Assembly: GCA_965218435.1 (NCBI GenBank)
Contig: CBDCKW010000002.1
Span: 1-52,653 of the forward strand
From: Truepera sp.
Lineage (GTDB): Bacteria > Deinococcota > Deinococci > Deinococcales > Trueperaceae
Direction: 5' to 3'
DNA length: 52,653 nt
This document shows positions 10,514 to 20,632 of the stretch, piece after piece. Every line of letters starts with the position of its first letter. Positions within the stretch are counted from its first letter, which is position 1. The notes under the pieces are model-generated. The model had not been told where the DNA came from and made no database searches. It worked only from the letters and a program-made list of their open reading frames with translations. The position numbers were made by a program, and so were the translations under genes.

Positions 10514-13189
10514 ATGATTACGGTCGGCACTCTGCGAACCGAATACGCCGAGTTTCCGCTGGGTATCGACGTGCTTCCGCGCCTCAGCTGGACGCTGACT
10601 TCACCCGAACGCGGCGTCCGTCAGAGGGCCTATCAGGTGCTGGTCGCCTCGAGCGCCGTAGAATTAGCGCAAGACCGGGGCGAGGTTTGGGACACGGGCA
10701 AAGTCTCCTCGGACAGGTCGGTTCACATCGTGTATGAGGGCCAACCCCTCACATCGGCGACCCGGTATCACTGGAAGGTACGCGTTTGGGACGAAAACGA
10801 TACGCCGTCGGCGTGGAGCGAACCCGCTTGGTGGGAGATGGGCTTGCTGGAACCTGACGCCTGGGTTGGGTCGTGGATTGGCGGGCTGCCGCCCGTTAGC
10901 GCGGGGTCGCAGCCGTGTCCGTTTTTACGGCGCACCTTCGACGTGAACCGAGAGGTCACCAGCGCGCGCCTTTACGTCACGGCGCTGGGTCTGTACGAAC
11001 TTCAGCTGAACGGGCAACGCGTCGGACAAGACCTGCTCGTCCCCGGCTGGACAGACTACAACCGGCGCGTCGAATACCTTACCTACGACGTGACGGGGTA
11101 CCTCCGTGAGGGCGAAAACGTACTCGGGGCCACTCTCGGCGACGGTTGGGCGTGCGGGTATCTGGTGTGGGAGCACAACAACCGCTTGTGGAGCGAGCAG
11201 CCCTTGCTGCTGGCTCAGCTTACGTTGACCTACCAAAACGGCACCCGCGAGGTCATCGCTACAGACGCCGACTGGCGTATCCGAACCGGGCCTCTGCTCA
11301 GCTCTGACCTCTATAACGGCGAGCACTACGACGCGCGGCTCGAGCTAGGCGGTTGGGCTGAACCTGGTTTCGACGCTGCGGGCTGGGAGCCGGTCACGGT
11401 ATCCGAACAACCTCGTCGCAACTTGGTCGCCAAACGGATGCCACCCGTTCGAGCGGTCGCTGAACTGAAACCCGTCACCCTGAATGAACCCCAACCGGGC
11501 CGGTACATTTTCGACCTGGGTCAAAATATCGTCGGTTGGGCGCGTTTAAGGGCGCAGGGCGAGGCGGGCAACAAGGTCACGCTGCGTTTCGCGGAACGCC
11601 TCAACCCGGACGGGACACTCTATACCGAAGCCTTACGCACAGCTAGGGCGACGGACACGTATATTTTCAAAGGTCAGGGCGAAGAGGTCTACGAACCGCG
11701 CTTTACCTTTCACGGTTTTCAGTACGTCGAGGTCACGGGCCTGAACACGCCGCCCACTTTGGACACAGTTACGGGCGTCGTTTTACACACGGATTTGCCA
11801 CAAACTGGACATTTTGAATGTTCCGACCCGCTGGTCAACCAGCTTCAGTCGAACATCCTCTGGGGTCAAAAGGGAAACTTTCTCGAGGTTCCTACCGACT
11901 GCCCGCAGCGCGACGAACGGCTCGGCTGGACGGGGGACGCGCAGGTATTTATCCGCACGGCCTGCTTTAACCTAGATGTTGCCCCCTTTTTTACCAAATG
12001 GCTGATAGACCTAGAAGACGCGCAGCTAGAAGACGGTTCGGTGCCACACGTCGTCCCGAACGTGGTGCCGGGGAGCGGCGCTGCAGCCTGGGCGGACGCC
12101 ATAGTGATCTGCCCCTGGACGATCTATCAGTGGTACGGCGACACCCGCGTGCTCGAGACGCACTACACAGCGATGACGCGCTGGCTCGGGTACATGGAGA
12201 CGACCAGCGACGCACTTGTTCGGCCCGACGACGGCTTTGGCGACTGGCTCGCTACCAACGCCAAAACCCCAGACGACGCGCCCACACCCAAAGACCTCAT
12301 CGGTACGGCGTACTTCGCCCACTGCGCGTCGCTAATGACGAATATCGCGGCAGTTTTAGGTAGAGAAAGCGACCGCAAACATTTTGAGGCACTCACTAAA
12401 AACGTCACGGCGGCGTTCAATCAAGCTTTTGTCACCGAAAGCGGTCGGGTCGTCGGTCACACCCAGACCGGTTATCTGCTGGCTCTGGCCTTCGACCTGC
12501 TGCCTGAAGACAAGCGTGAGACGGCGCTGGACTACCTCGTCGGCGATTTGGAAAAGCGCGGCTGGCACCTGACCACGGGTTTCGTCGGTACACCGCTGCT
12601 GGCCCCCACCCTGAGCCGCTTCGGTCGCACGGACGCCGCCTACAAGTTACTTATGCAGACGAGCTACCCCTCGTGGCTATTCCCGGTTACGCAGGGCGCG
12701 ACGACGATGTGGGAACGCTGGGACGGCTGGACGGAGGTGCGCGGTTTTCAAGACCCGGGGATGAACTCGTTTAACCACTACGCTTACGGCGCGGTGGGCG
12801 AGTGGCTTTACGCCACGGTCGCAGGGCTGGGCTTCGACCAGCCGGGGTACCAGCACATCCGCATCAGGCCACAACCGGGCGGCGGTTTGACGGCGGCTCG
12901 AGCCGAACTCGAGACAATTCACGGCCCTGTGGTGAGCGACTGGCACCTTGAAAACGAAGTGTTTACACTCCGCCTCGAGATTCCGGTCAACACGGCGGCA
13001 ACCGTCATAATCTCGGCGTCGTCAGTGCAAGCCGTCACTGAAAGCACCAAACCGCTCAGCGAAACTGCAGGCGTCGAAAGTGTTGAAGGAGAAAACGAGC
13101 AGGTGACGCTCGAGCTTGGGTCCGGCAGCTACACGTTTCGGGTGGGGCAGCTCGAGCCGGACGTGTCTAAAAAGGATAGGAGCATGTAA
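10514..13189 (+). CDS. Alpha-L-rhamnosidase (GH78)
   Basis: PTDCPQRDERLGWTGD, ATTMWERW and MNSFNHYAYG motifs; no signal peptide. Confidence 0.95.
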   Translation: MITVGTLRTEYAEFPLGIDVLPRLSWTLTSPERGVRQRAYQVLVASSAVELAQDRGEVWDTGKVSSDRSVHIVYEGQPLTSATRYHWKVRVWDENDTPSAWSEPAWWEMGLLEPDAWVGSWIGGLPPVSAGSQPCPFLRRTFDVNREVTSARLYVTALGLYELQLNGQRVGQDLLVPGWTDYNRRVEYLTYDVTGYLREGENVLGATLGDGWACGYLVWEHNNRLWSEQPLLLAQLTLTYQNGTREVIATDADWRIRTGPLLSSDLYNGEHYDARLELGGWAEPGFDAAGWEPVTVSEQPRRNLVAKRMPPVRAVAELKPVTLNEPQPGRYIFDLGQNIVGWARLRAQGEAGNKVTLRFAERLNPDGTLYTEALRTARATDTYIFKGQGEEVYEPRFTFHGFQYVEVTGLNTPPTLDTVTGVVLHTDLPQTGHFECSDPLVNQLQSNILWGQKGNFLEVPTDCPQRDERLGWTGDAQVFIRTACFNLDVAPFFTKWLIDLEDAQLEDGSVPHVVPNVVPGSGAAAWADAIVICPWTIYQWYGDTRVLETHYTAMTRWLGYMETTSDALVRPDDGFGDWLATNAKTPDDAPTPKDLIGTAYFAHCASLMTNIAAVLGRESDRKHFEALTKNVTAAFNQAFVTESGRVVGHTQTGYLLALAFDLLPEDKRETALDYLVGDLEKRGWHLTTGFVGTPLLAPTLSRFGRTDAAYKLLMQTSYPSWLFPVTQGATTMWERWDGWTEVRGFQDPGMNSFNHYAYGAVGEWLYATVAGLGFDQPGYQHIRIRPQPGGGLTAARAELETIHGPVVSDWHLENEVFTLRLEIPVNTAATVIISASSVQAVTESTKPLSETAGVESVEGENEQVTLELGSGSYTFRVGQLEPDVSKKDRSM

Positions 13190-13201
13190 ACCCCGGTCTT
13201 A

Positions 13202-14170
13202 CTAAACGAAACGGTTCCGCAACGTGCCCATTTTCTCGACTTTCAACGCCACCACGTCACCCCGTTTCAGGTAGGTGTCTCGCTCGGCACCTGAACCGTC
13301 ACCCACCGTGCCGGAGCCGAGAATTTCACCGGGATAAAGGTACTCGCCTTGCGAGGCGTAGGCAATGATGTCTTCAAACCGCCAGTAGACGCTGCCCAGG
13401 TTCGCCTTGCACCACAGCTCGTCGTTAACGCGGGCTTCCATTTCGAGGGTGTAAATGTCCGGAATCTCATCCGCTGTAACGAGGTAAGGGCCGAAGACGT
13501 TGGCTCTGGTAAAGTCCTTGCTCTTCGCAGGGCCGAGACCGACCGACATTTCGCGCGCCTGGATTTTGCGCTCGGTAAGGTCGTTGAAAATCATGTAACC
13601 GAAAACGTGTTCAAACGCCCGCTCACGCGCAATGTCGCCGCCCCCTTTGCCGATAACAAGCGCGATTTCAAACTCGATGTCGATTTCGTTTACGTTCTCA
13701 GGGATGGGAATGTCGTCGCCGTGCGTAGCGACGCTGCCGGGATTGCCCTTGTAGTAGACGGGCAGGTTGTACCATTCGGGCGGAATTTCGCGCCCAAGTT
13801 TGGGATAGATGTTGGTCAGGTGGGTTTCAAAAGCTAAAAAATCGCGGATGAGGGGTGAACGCGAAACGGGCGCAAGCATGGTGAGGTCGGCTGGTTCAAA
13901 GAGTGCTTCATCCCCTTTTCCCTTTTGCGCCCAAGCCAGGGTTTCACGGGCGGCCTCGAGCGCCACCTCACCCCCTTCGATAAAGCTCACCATCGTATCA
14001 GGGAACAGAGCTGCGGCAATTCGCCGGGCTGCCTCCCGGGTCAGCCCTCTAGCCTCGAGTAACAGGCTGTGGGCCAACGCCAGGTCGAGCACCTTGTCGG
14101 TTGCGGTCATCGCCCCGATTCGCGTCACATCCCCGAGCGGAGTCGTCAGTTGGTAAGAAACGAGTTTCAT
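13202..14170 (-). CDS. Fumarylacetoacetate hydrolase family protein
   Basis: RDFLAFETH, YYKGN, DIEFE, GYMIFND, KSKDF and GSGT motifs; ATG 14170 follows AAGGTG. Confidence 0.9.
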   Translation of the reverse strand: MKLVSYQLTTPLGDVTRIGAMTATDKVLDLALAHSLLLEARGLTREAARRIAAALFPDTMVSFIEGGEVALEAARETLAWAQKGKGDEALFEPADLTMLAPVSRSPLIRDFLAFETHLTNIYPKLGREIPPEWYNLPVYYKGNPGSVATHGDDIPIPENVNEIDIEFEIALVIGKGGGDIARERAFEHVFGYMIFNDLTERKIQAREMSVGLGPAKSKDFTRANVFGPYLVTADEIPDIYTLEMEARVNDELWCKANLGSVYWRFEDIIAYASQGEYLYPGEILGSGTVGDGSGAERDTYLKRGDVVALKVEKMGTLRNRFV

Positions 14171-14292
14171 TTTGGTACACACACCTTTTTAGAGCGAGAA
14201 GGAAGGAACAGGAAGTAAGAAGGTTGCAAACTTTTTATGAGTAACGCTTGTCGCAAACCGAAACGATTTTTCAAACTGCCTAGTGACTTTGT

Positions 14293-14586
14293 TCAGCTGA
14301 CTACCGGCTCGTAAAGCTCCCGCTCGCGCTTGTCGAGCAAAGGGATAATCGTTCCTTCGATAATCTCTTTGAAATGGGATGTATCCCGGTGGGCAGCGAG
14401 GGCAGCCTCGTCGGTATAATGCTCATAGAGTAAAAAGAAATCCGGGTCGTCCGCTGACCGGCAGACGTGGTAGAGGGTGCAACCTGGTTCGTCGGCTTCG
14501 ACCAGAGGGGCCATTTGTTTCAGCGCGGCCGCAACTTCGTCGCCTTTGCTCTTTTTGACGTGGTACTTCGCTACCAACACAACCAT
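14293..14586 (-). CDS. ABM-domain protein (putative quinol monooxygenase family)
   Basis: EPGCTLY, FFLLYEHY.DEAALAAH..T.HF pattern; AAGGAG RBS. Confidence 0.85.
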   Translation of the reverse strand: MVVLVAKYHVKKSKGDEVAAALKQMAPLVEADEPGCTLYHVCRSADDPDFFLLYEHYTDEAALAAHRDTSHFKEIIEGTIIPLLDKRERELYEPVVS

Positions 14587-14622
14587 ATCTTCTCCTTAAC
14601 TTTTGTCTTACAACCTATCGTC

Positions 14623-15675
14623 TTAAACCAGGTACTCGAGCGCCTCACCCTTAAACAAACGGAGCACATTGAGCCAGAGCGTCTGCGAATCTCGGATGTG
14701 CGTCCAGTGGCCCTGCCAGGCGCTGTGCGGGGTGAGCGTTACCTTATCGTTCAGGTCGTGAAGCGCGTGTAGGGGGTCGTCAACGGGCAAAGGCTCTTCG
14801 GCAAACACGTCGAGCGCCGCGCCGCCCAAACGCTCTTCTTGCAAGGCTCGGACGAGCGCGTCCTGGTCTACCAGTTTGCCCCGAGCAGTGTTGATGAACA
14901 GAGCCGAAGGCTTCATCAGCGCAAATTCTCGCGCCCCGACGATGCCGCGCGTTTGCTCATTCAAGGCAAGTTGCACGCTCAACACGTCCGAGCGGCAAAA
15001 AAGGTAGTCCCAGTCGACGTAAGTTACGCCGTAAACGCGTTCCAAATCAGGAAAACGCTGGATGTCCCAGTAGAGCGTCCGCATATCGAAAGCCTGGGCG
15101 ACGCGGGCAATGGGCCGCGCGATTTCACCGAAGCCGAGTAACCCCAATGTGAGGTCTCGAGCAAGCGTCAACCCGGCAAGGCGGTCTTGCTTCCACTGCC
15201 CATTCGCCTCGTAAGCTCGAGCCGCCATCACGCCTCGCTGCGCCGGAAGGCGTTTGAGATGGTTGAGGATAAGCGCCCAGGTATGTTCAGCTACGGCGAT
15301 ATAGTTGACTAACGGTGTTGCGGCTACCGGAACCTTTAGGGCTCGAGCCGTTTCTACAGGAACGCCCCGGTAGTCCTGACCAAGGTGCTGAATAAGACGC
15401 AAGTGCCGGGCTTGCTCGAGAAGTTCCGGCGGCACCGTCTCTTTGTGGACGATGAGTACGTCTGCGTCGGGGAGAGCGGCAGCCAGCTCGTCTTCAGTGT
15501 GAACCTCATACAGCTCGAGTGGGTACTCTCTAAACATCTCTGCCAAGCTCATTACCTTTTTAGCAGCGTCCGGGTCTTCCGACAAAAGCTGCACCTGATT
15601 AACCCCGTCCCACTCGTTCCAGGCGCGCATCCCCCACAAGACGTTGCCGATGTTGTCCCACACGACGACTTTCAT
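14623..15675 (-). CDS. D-isomer-specific 2-hydroxyacid dehydrogenase family protein
   Basis: GLLGFGEIA, INTARG, LDVFAEEP and LTPH motifs. Confidence 0.88.
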   Translation of the reverse strand: MKVVVWDNIGNVLWGMRAWNEWDGVNQVQLLSEDPDAAKKVMSLAEMFREYPLELYEVHTEDELAAALPDADVLIVHKETVPPELLEQARHLRLIQHLGQDYRGVPVETARALKVPVAATPLVNYIAVAEHTWALILNHLKRLPAQRGVMAARAYEANGQWKQDRLAGLTLARDLTLGLLGFGEIARPIARVAQAFDMRTLYWDIQRFPDLERVYGVTYVDWDYLFCRSDVLSVQLALNEQTRGIVGAREFALMKPSALFINTARGKLVDQDALVRALQEERLGGAALDVFAEEPLPVDDPLHALHDLNDKVTLTPHSAWQGHWTHIRDSQTLWLNVLRLFKGEALEYLV

Positions 15676-15685
15676 CAGCTACACG

Positions 15686-16624
15686 TCAGCTTCGGCTCGA
15701 GTATGCCCAAGCTCGAGCGAACACACGTTTGCCGTTGGCGAGGATGACCTCACTGCTCTCCCCGTCGCTGGGTTTGAGTTCCATTGAAAGGATGGGCGTG
15801 ACGCCCAAACGTTTACGGGCGCAAGTCCAAAAGTCGAGCGCGTGCAACTCGTCCAAAAAAGCCGTCACTTCCGGCACGTCGTTGACGCCTAGGGGATGAC
15901 CGAAACGCGGATGAAAATCGCCGTAAAGCGGGCTCTCGGGATGAGCCGCGACGCAGTTACCGATATGGACGTGGAGCAGGTGAGAGGCTGCCGCGCGAAG
16001 CGCCTCTGCGGGTGTTTCCTTGAGCAGCGGCAAATGGCTGAGGTCGACTGTCAGGCCGAAATTGTCGCGCGCGACCGCATCGGCAAACGCAGCAGCTTCG
16101 GTGGTGGGGCCGATGAGCCGCTTTTTCTCCACGTCCCGGTCGAAGTTCTCGAGAACCAGGTGGAGCCGCTGCGTGCTCGAGTGCACGTCGGCGTAATCGC
16201 AGAGGTCTTGCACGTCCTGGATGAACCGCTCGAGCGTAGCCTCTCTATTTTCTTTGCCGGAGTCTTTCGGCGAGGCAATCATGGCGAGGGGCGCACCGAA
16301 AAAAATCGACTGGTCGAGAAGTATCTTGAGCCGCGCCTTGGCCTCTCGCCTGGCGCTGTCGTCTTCGCTCCCCAACCCGAGGTTGTCGAAAATAATGGGC
16401 AGGATAGGGAGGTGAACAACCTGCACGGCAGCGGCGCTGAGGAGGGCTCGAGTCTCCCGAGCAATAGCAGGATTCTCAATCGGGGCGATTTCAACCGCGC
16501 CGAACCAGGGGTCGGCGGCGACGGCGTGCAGCGAGCCTAGCAGCTTGCTTTCGTCGCTGCGGGTTTCCAGATAAACGAGAGGGTGTACGACGCCGAAATC
16601 CATAAGGTCAGTCCAGGGCAACAT
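15686..16624 (-). CDS. Sugar phosphate isomerase/epimerase (xylose isomerase-like TIM barrel)
   Basis: True start is ATG 16624, overlapping the upstream stop (TGATG); LENFD, DLSH, HVHIGN and SME metal-ligand motifs. Confidence 0.82.
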   Translation of the reverse strand: MLPWTDLMDFGVVHPLVYLETRSDESKLLGSLHAVAADPWFGAVEIAPIENPAIARETRALLSAAAVQVVHLPILPIIFDNLGLGSEDDSARREAKARLKILLDQSIFFGAPLAMIASPKDSGKENREATLERFIQDVQDLCDYADVHSSTQRLHLVLENFDRDVEKKRLIGPTTEAAAFADAVARDNFGLTVDLSHLPLLKETPAEALRAAASHLLHVHIGNCVAAHPESPLYGDFHPRFGHPLGVNDVPEVTAFLDELHALDFWTCARKRLGVTPILSMELKPSDGESSEVILANGKRVFARAWAYSSRS

Positions 16625-17838
16625 CAGTGAGCCTTCCGTGCAGCGAGAACTTCTTGTTGATAGGGAAGCGGTTCGGGGCTCAGCAGTTCTTCGATGTGCA
16701 TAAAGCGCTCGAGTCGTTCGGACTCGAGAAAGCCGTACATCAGCGCGAGCGAGCGCAGCCCGTCTTGTCCCGAAACTTCGGGCTCGCGGTTTGTAAGGAT
16801 TGCCTGTGCGAAATCGTCGTACTCTACGGCGAGCAGGTTGGCGTCGATGTCGCTCCAAGGCAAGGTGTAGGAGGTCAGCCGTGCGCCGCCGAACAGCGCC
16901 GCTGTCGCCTCATCGAGCGTGAAATCCGGGATGAGGGCGAGTTGCTCTTCCTCCGTGAGCACCACATCTCGACCTTCACGGCGTTGTACCAGTTTTAAGG
17001 GTTTGCCGGTGCGGTCGGGTGGAATGCTCAAGGACCCGCCCGTGCCGTACATCATCCGGCTGAACTGTTGTTCACCGCGCCCCGCAAGGTTGAGCAGCAG
17101 ATTGGCAATCGCGCCGCTTTCAAAGCGCGCGACGCCGACCGTGAGGTCTTCGGCGCTGACGGCGTACCAGCTGCCGTTCGCATCTACGCGGCGCTGGTCG
17201 ACCGTCCGGTTCATACCCACCACGCTCCCGATAGGACCGAGATAGAACTCGAGCAAGTCCGTGTAATGCACGCCCATATCGAGCACGATGCCGCCAGTTT
17301 CTTTCTGATGTCGCCAGGGCGTGATGACGACTCGTTCACCGCCTCCTGATGAGGCTTGGACGGCTAAAAACACCTGCCCTAATGTATCCCCTTCGATGAG
17401 AGCCTTGGCGAGGCGGTTGATAGGGTCACGGCGGTAGTTCTCAGCGACGGCTAATTTGCATCCGGCGTCGGCGGTAGCTCGAACGAGTTGTAGACCTTGC
17501 GGAACCGTCAGGGCAATAGGTTTTTCCACCATGACGTGAACGCCCACCGCGAACGCCTCGAGCCCGATAAGGACGTGCGTGTCGGGCGAACTTGTGATAT
17601 CGAGCGCGTCCAGGTGCGGCAGGGCGCGGTGCAGGTCGGCAAAACTAGCAAAAACTTGGGGGCGACGCCCGAACAGGTCATGAGCTAGGTCAGCGACACC
17701 TTCCCCCTGTCCCTGCACCGGGTCGCCGACGCCGATAAGTTCGAACTCGAGCCTGCCTATGTCGTGCAATTTCTTGAGTCCCAGCAGGTGACGCCGCGCC
17801 ATGCCCCCGCAGCCGCATAAACCGAGCGCCAAAGTCAT
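16624..17838 (-). CDS. Gfo/Idh/MocA family oxidoreductase
   Basis: GCGGMA, VMVEKP, AENYRRDP and DMGVH motifs. Confidence 0.9.
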   Translation of the reverse strand: MTLALGLCGCGGMARRHLLGLKKLHDIGRLEFELIGVGDPVQGQGEGVADLAHDLFGRRPQVFASFADLHRALPHLDALDITSSPDTHVLIGLEAFAVGVHVMVEKPIALTVPQGLQLVRATADAGCKLAVAENYRRDPINRLAKALIEGDTLGQVFLAVQASSGGGERVVITPWRHQKETGGIVLDMGVHYTDLLEFYLGPIGSVVGMNRTVDQRRVDANGSWYAVSAEDLTVGVARFESGAIANLLLNLAGRGEQQFSRMMYGTGGSLSIPPDRTGKPLKLVQRREGRDVVLTEEEQLALIPDFTLDEATAALFGGARLTSYTLPWSDIDANLLAVEYDDFAQAILTNREPEVSGQDGLRSLALMYGFLESERLERFMHIEELLSPEPLPYQQEVLAARKAH

Positions 17839-18614
17839 GGATTTACGCCCAATGAATAGCCCAAACCGCGCAGATAGTCGGCATTGACCTTTGCGCTGCG
17901 CAGCGGTGAAACGTCGCTGCGGCTCTGCTCTACAACCACCCAGCCCGGATACTGCTGCGCGTCAAGCTGTTTTAGAAACGCAGAAAAGTTGATACCCAAA
18001 CTCCCTTCACCCAGCTCGACAAACTTGCCCTTCGCCCAGTCTTTCAGGTGCAGGTAGCCGATACGGTCGCGGTACTTTTCAAGATGCTTCAGCGGGTCTT
18101 CTTCGACCAGAGCGATGTGTGAAACGTCTAGACAAAGTTTGAGCCGCTGCGTCTGCGTCATAAGCGTGTCGATTTCCTCTTCGGTTTCTACGGTGCAGGC
18201 GACGTGCGGGTGGTACGAGACGACGACACCTTGCTCGGCCCCGTACACTGCCAAAGCTTCACAAAACCGGGCCAGGTCTTTGTACTCTTTGGCGGTAGGA
18301 GGACGCCAGCGCAAGCGGCTCCCCCCGACGAGACCGTAAGCCTCAGCGCCCAACTCGGCGGCGTAGTCGATACGGCGCTGCTGCACCGTGAACTGCGTTG
18401 CGTCCGTCGGTAAACCGACTGAGCCGAAAAACGTTGCTGCGGTTAGATTCGCGCGCTCGAGCTGACTCCGACAGTGCGCCACGGGTCCCAACCAGTTCAG
18501 CGGCTGCGCAAACATTTCGACCGCCTGCCAGCCGACCTGGTGAATCTCTGCAAACATATCCTCTAGAGGATACGTTTCTCCCCAGTTCAGGGTGCTGTAA
18601 GCAAACCGTAACAA
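17835..18614 (-). CDS. Sugar phosphate isomerase/epimerase (IolE-like TIM barrel)
   Basis: YHPH, LDVSH, HLKD, ELGEG and VVEQ motifs; TTG 18614 follows GGAAGGA (TTG 18632 is an alternative start). Confidence 0.82.
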   Translation of the reverse strand: MLRFAYSTLNWGETYPLEDMFAEIHQVGWQAVEMFAQPLNWLGPVAHCRSQLERANLTAATFFGSVGLPTDATQFTVQQRRIDYAAELGAEAYGLVGGSRLRWRPPTAKEYKDLARFCEALAVYGAEQGVVVSYHPHVACTVETEEEIDTLMTQTQRLKLCLDVSHIALVEEDPLKHLEKYRDRIGYLHLKDWAKGKFVELGEGSLGINFSAFLKQLDAQQYPGWVVVEQSRSDVSPLRSAKVNADYLRGLGYSLGVNP

Positions 18615-18826
18615 TCTCGTCCTTCCAGACAACTTTCAGTCATTTTACTTTTAAATTGTGTAGAATCATCAGCTATCAGGCTGTGTTGACGTTTGCCGTC
18701 TGTGACAGCTTTAACCGTGTGGTGAGCCTAAAAACCTGCGCTCTGCAGTCTCGTTACCCCTCGCTTTCTACTTCTCCCCTCCAGCCCGCAAACCTTACGG
18801 TAGCTAGGTTAAAACGTCACCAAAAC

Positions 18827-19711
18827 CTACTTCACACCTGTTAGCGCGATGCCCTCGAGCAGATAGCGCTGCACAAAGGCGTAGAGTGCCAGCGGCGGGA
18901 TGACCAGCAGGAGCGACAGGGCCGCCACGTACTGCACTTGAGGCTGCCCGTAAAAGCCTTGAAAAATGTTGTTGAGTCCCTGTGCGAGCGTCCACTTTTC
19001 AGGTGTTACTAAAAAGATGATTGGGCCAAAGAGGTCAGTCCAACCCGCGAGAAAAGTTAGGGTGCTGACTACCACGACGGGCGAGACACTCAGGGGCATG
19101 ATGATGCGGGTGAAAATCTGCCAGCGGTTGGCTCCGTCGATAATGGCAGCCTCGTCGAGTTCGACGGGCAAGGTCATAAAGAACTGGCGGAACAAAAAGA
19201 TGTTGAACGCCCCGCCGCCGAAAAAAGCAGGTACCGTAAGCGGCAAAAAGGTATTGAGCCAGCCTACATTGGCAAAGATGATGTAGAGCGGAATGAGCGT
19301 CACCGTGCTCGGTAGCATGAGCGTGGCGAGGACAAGGATAAAGAGCACATTGCGTCCCGGAAACCTGAGTCTGGCAAACCCATAGCCGCACAGAGCCGCC
19401 GACGAGACCGTACCGATCACTTGCAAACCGACGATAACAGCGCTGTTAAACAAAAACCGCCAGAACGGGGCGCGGTTCCACGCCACCGAGTAGTTCGACC
19501 ACTGCGGCGTTTCAGGCAGCACTTTGGGCGGCAGCGTATTGATCTCGCCGGGGCTCATGAGCGAGCGCGACATTAGGTAAAAAAGCGGAAACAAAAAGAC
19601 CAAAGCCAGCGCTGTGAGCGCAACGTAGATGAGGATCGCCGAAAGCCGCTTTTGCCCGCTCATCGAACTCCAGCGGTTGCCGGTCAGCGTGCCGGACGTT
19701 GCCGTCGCCAT
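18827..19711 (-). CDS. Carbohydrate ABC transporter permease
   Basis: ELDEAAIIDGA loop; C-terminal EGIALTGVK. Confidence 0.92.
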   Translation of the reverse strand: MATATSGTLTGNRWSSMSGQKRLSAILIYVALTALALVFLFPLFYLMSRSLMSPGEINTLPPKVLPETPQWSNYSVAWNRAPFWRFLFNSAVIVGLQVIGTVSSAALCGYGFARLRFPGRNVLFILVLATLMLPSTVTLIPLYIIFANVGWLNTFLPLTVPAFFGGGAFNIFLFRQFFMTLPVELDEAAIIDGANRWQIFTRIIMPLSVSPVVVVSTLTFLAGWTDLFGPIIFLVTPEKWTLAQGLNNIFQGFYGQPQVQYVAALSLLLVIPPLALYAFVQRYLLEGIALTGVK

Positions 19712-20622
19712 CAGCGTGTCTCACCCTCGTAATAGACCCAGCCGCTGGTACGGAAAATGAGCACCGTCAGCAGCAAGATAATCACGAAGAACACCCAGGC
19801 GATAGCCGAGGCGTAGCCCATCTGAAAGTTTTGAAAGCCCTCCTGGTAGATTTTGAGCACGATAAAAAGCGTTGAGTTCGCTGGCCCACCGGCGGTGAGC
19901 ACAAAGACCTGAATAAAGGTCTGCAAACTGGTAATCACCCCAATCACCAGGTTGAAAAAGATAACCGGGGTGAGCATCGGCACCGTGACGTGCCAGAAGC
20001 GCCTGAGAGGACTCGCCCCGTCCACCTTGGCGGCGTCGTAGAGGCTGCCGGGAATCGACTGCAGCCCGGCAAGCCAGATAATCGTGCTTGCCCCGATACC
20101 CCACAGACTCATGACGATAAGGGCGTTCAGCGCCGTTTCCGGACGGCTTACCCAGGTGTATTCGGGGAGCCCGAGCGAACGTAACAGGTAGTTGGCGATC
20201 CCGTAGCGCACGCTGTACAGGTCGGCGAAGAGGATGGCGGTGGCGACCGGCGGTACTACCACGGGGATATAAAAAATCGCCCGGTAGATAGAAATTCCGC
20301 GCAAAGGGCGGAGGAGCAAGATCGACAGCAGGCCCGACAAGATCAGACTGAGCGGTACCGAAATAAGCGCGTAACGAAAGGTAACGCGCAGGCTGATCCA
20401 GAAGGTGTCGTCTGCGAACAGCCTGCGAAAGTTTTCCAGACCCGTCCACTTCGGCGGCGAAAGGATGTCGTAACTCGTAAAGCTGTAATAGAGCGACAGG
20501 AGCATCGGCCCCATGGTGAAAAAAACGAGGCCGAGGATGACCGGTAGTACGAACAGATAACCGGTCAACCAACCCTGCACCTTTCGCCTCGAGGGTAGCG
20601 AACGATTGCGCTCATCGACCAC
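19711..20622 (-). CDS. Carbohydrate ABC transporter permease
   Basis: LYDAAKVDGAS loop; MGYASAIAW motif. Confidence 0.92.
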   Translation of the reverse strand: MVDERNRSLPSRRKVQGWLTGYLFVLPVILGLVFFTMGPMLLSLYYSFTSYDILSPPKWTGLENFRRLFADDTFWISLRVTFRYALISVPLSLILSGLLSILLLRPLRGISIYRAIFYIPVVVPPVATAILFADLYSVRYGIANYLLRSLGLPEYTWVSRPETALNALIVMSLWGIGASTIIWLAGLQSIPGSLYDAAKVDGASPLRRFWHVTVPMLTPVIFFNLVIGVITSLQTFIQVFVLTAGGPANSTLFIVLKIYQEGFQNFQMGYASAIAWVFFVIILLLTVLIFRTSGWVYYEGETR

Positions 20623-20632
20623 TGCCTACCCC

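Noticed and set aside
16625..16858. N-terminal 78 aa of the 390-aa track ORF
   Set aside because: Overlaps the upstream Gfo/Idh/MocA gene out of frame; a coupled ATG at 16624 is the better start
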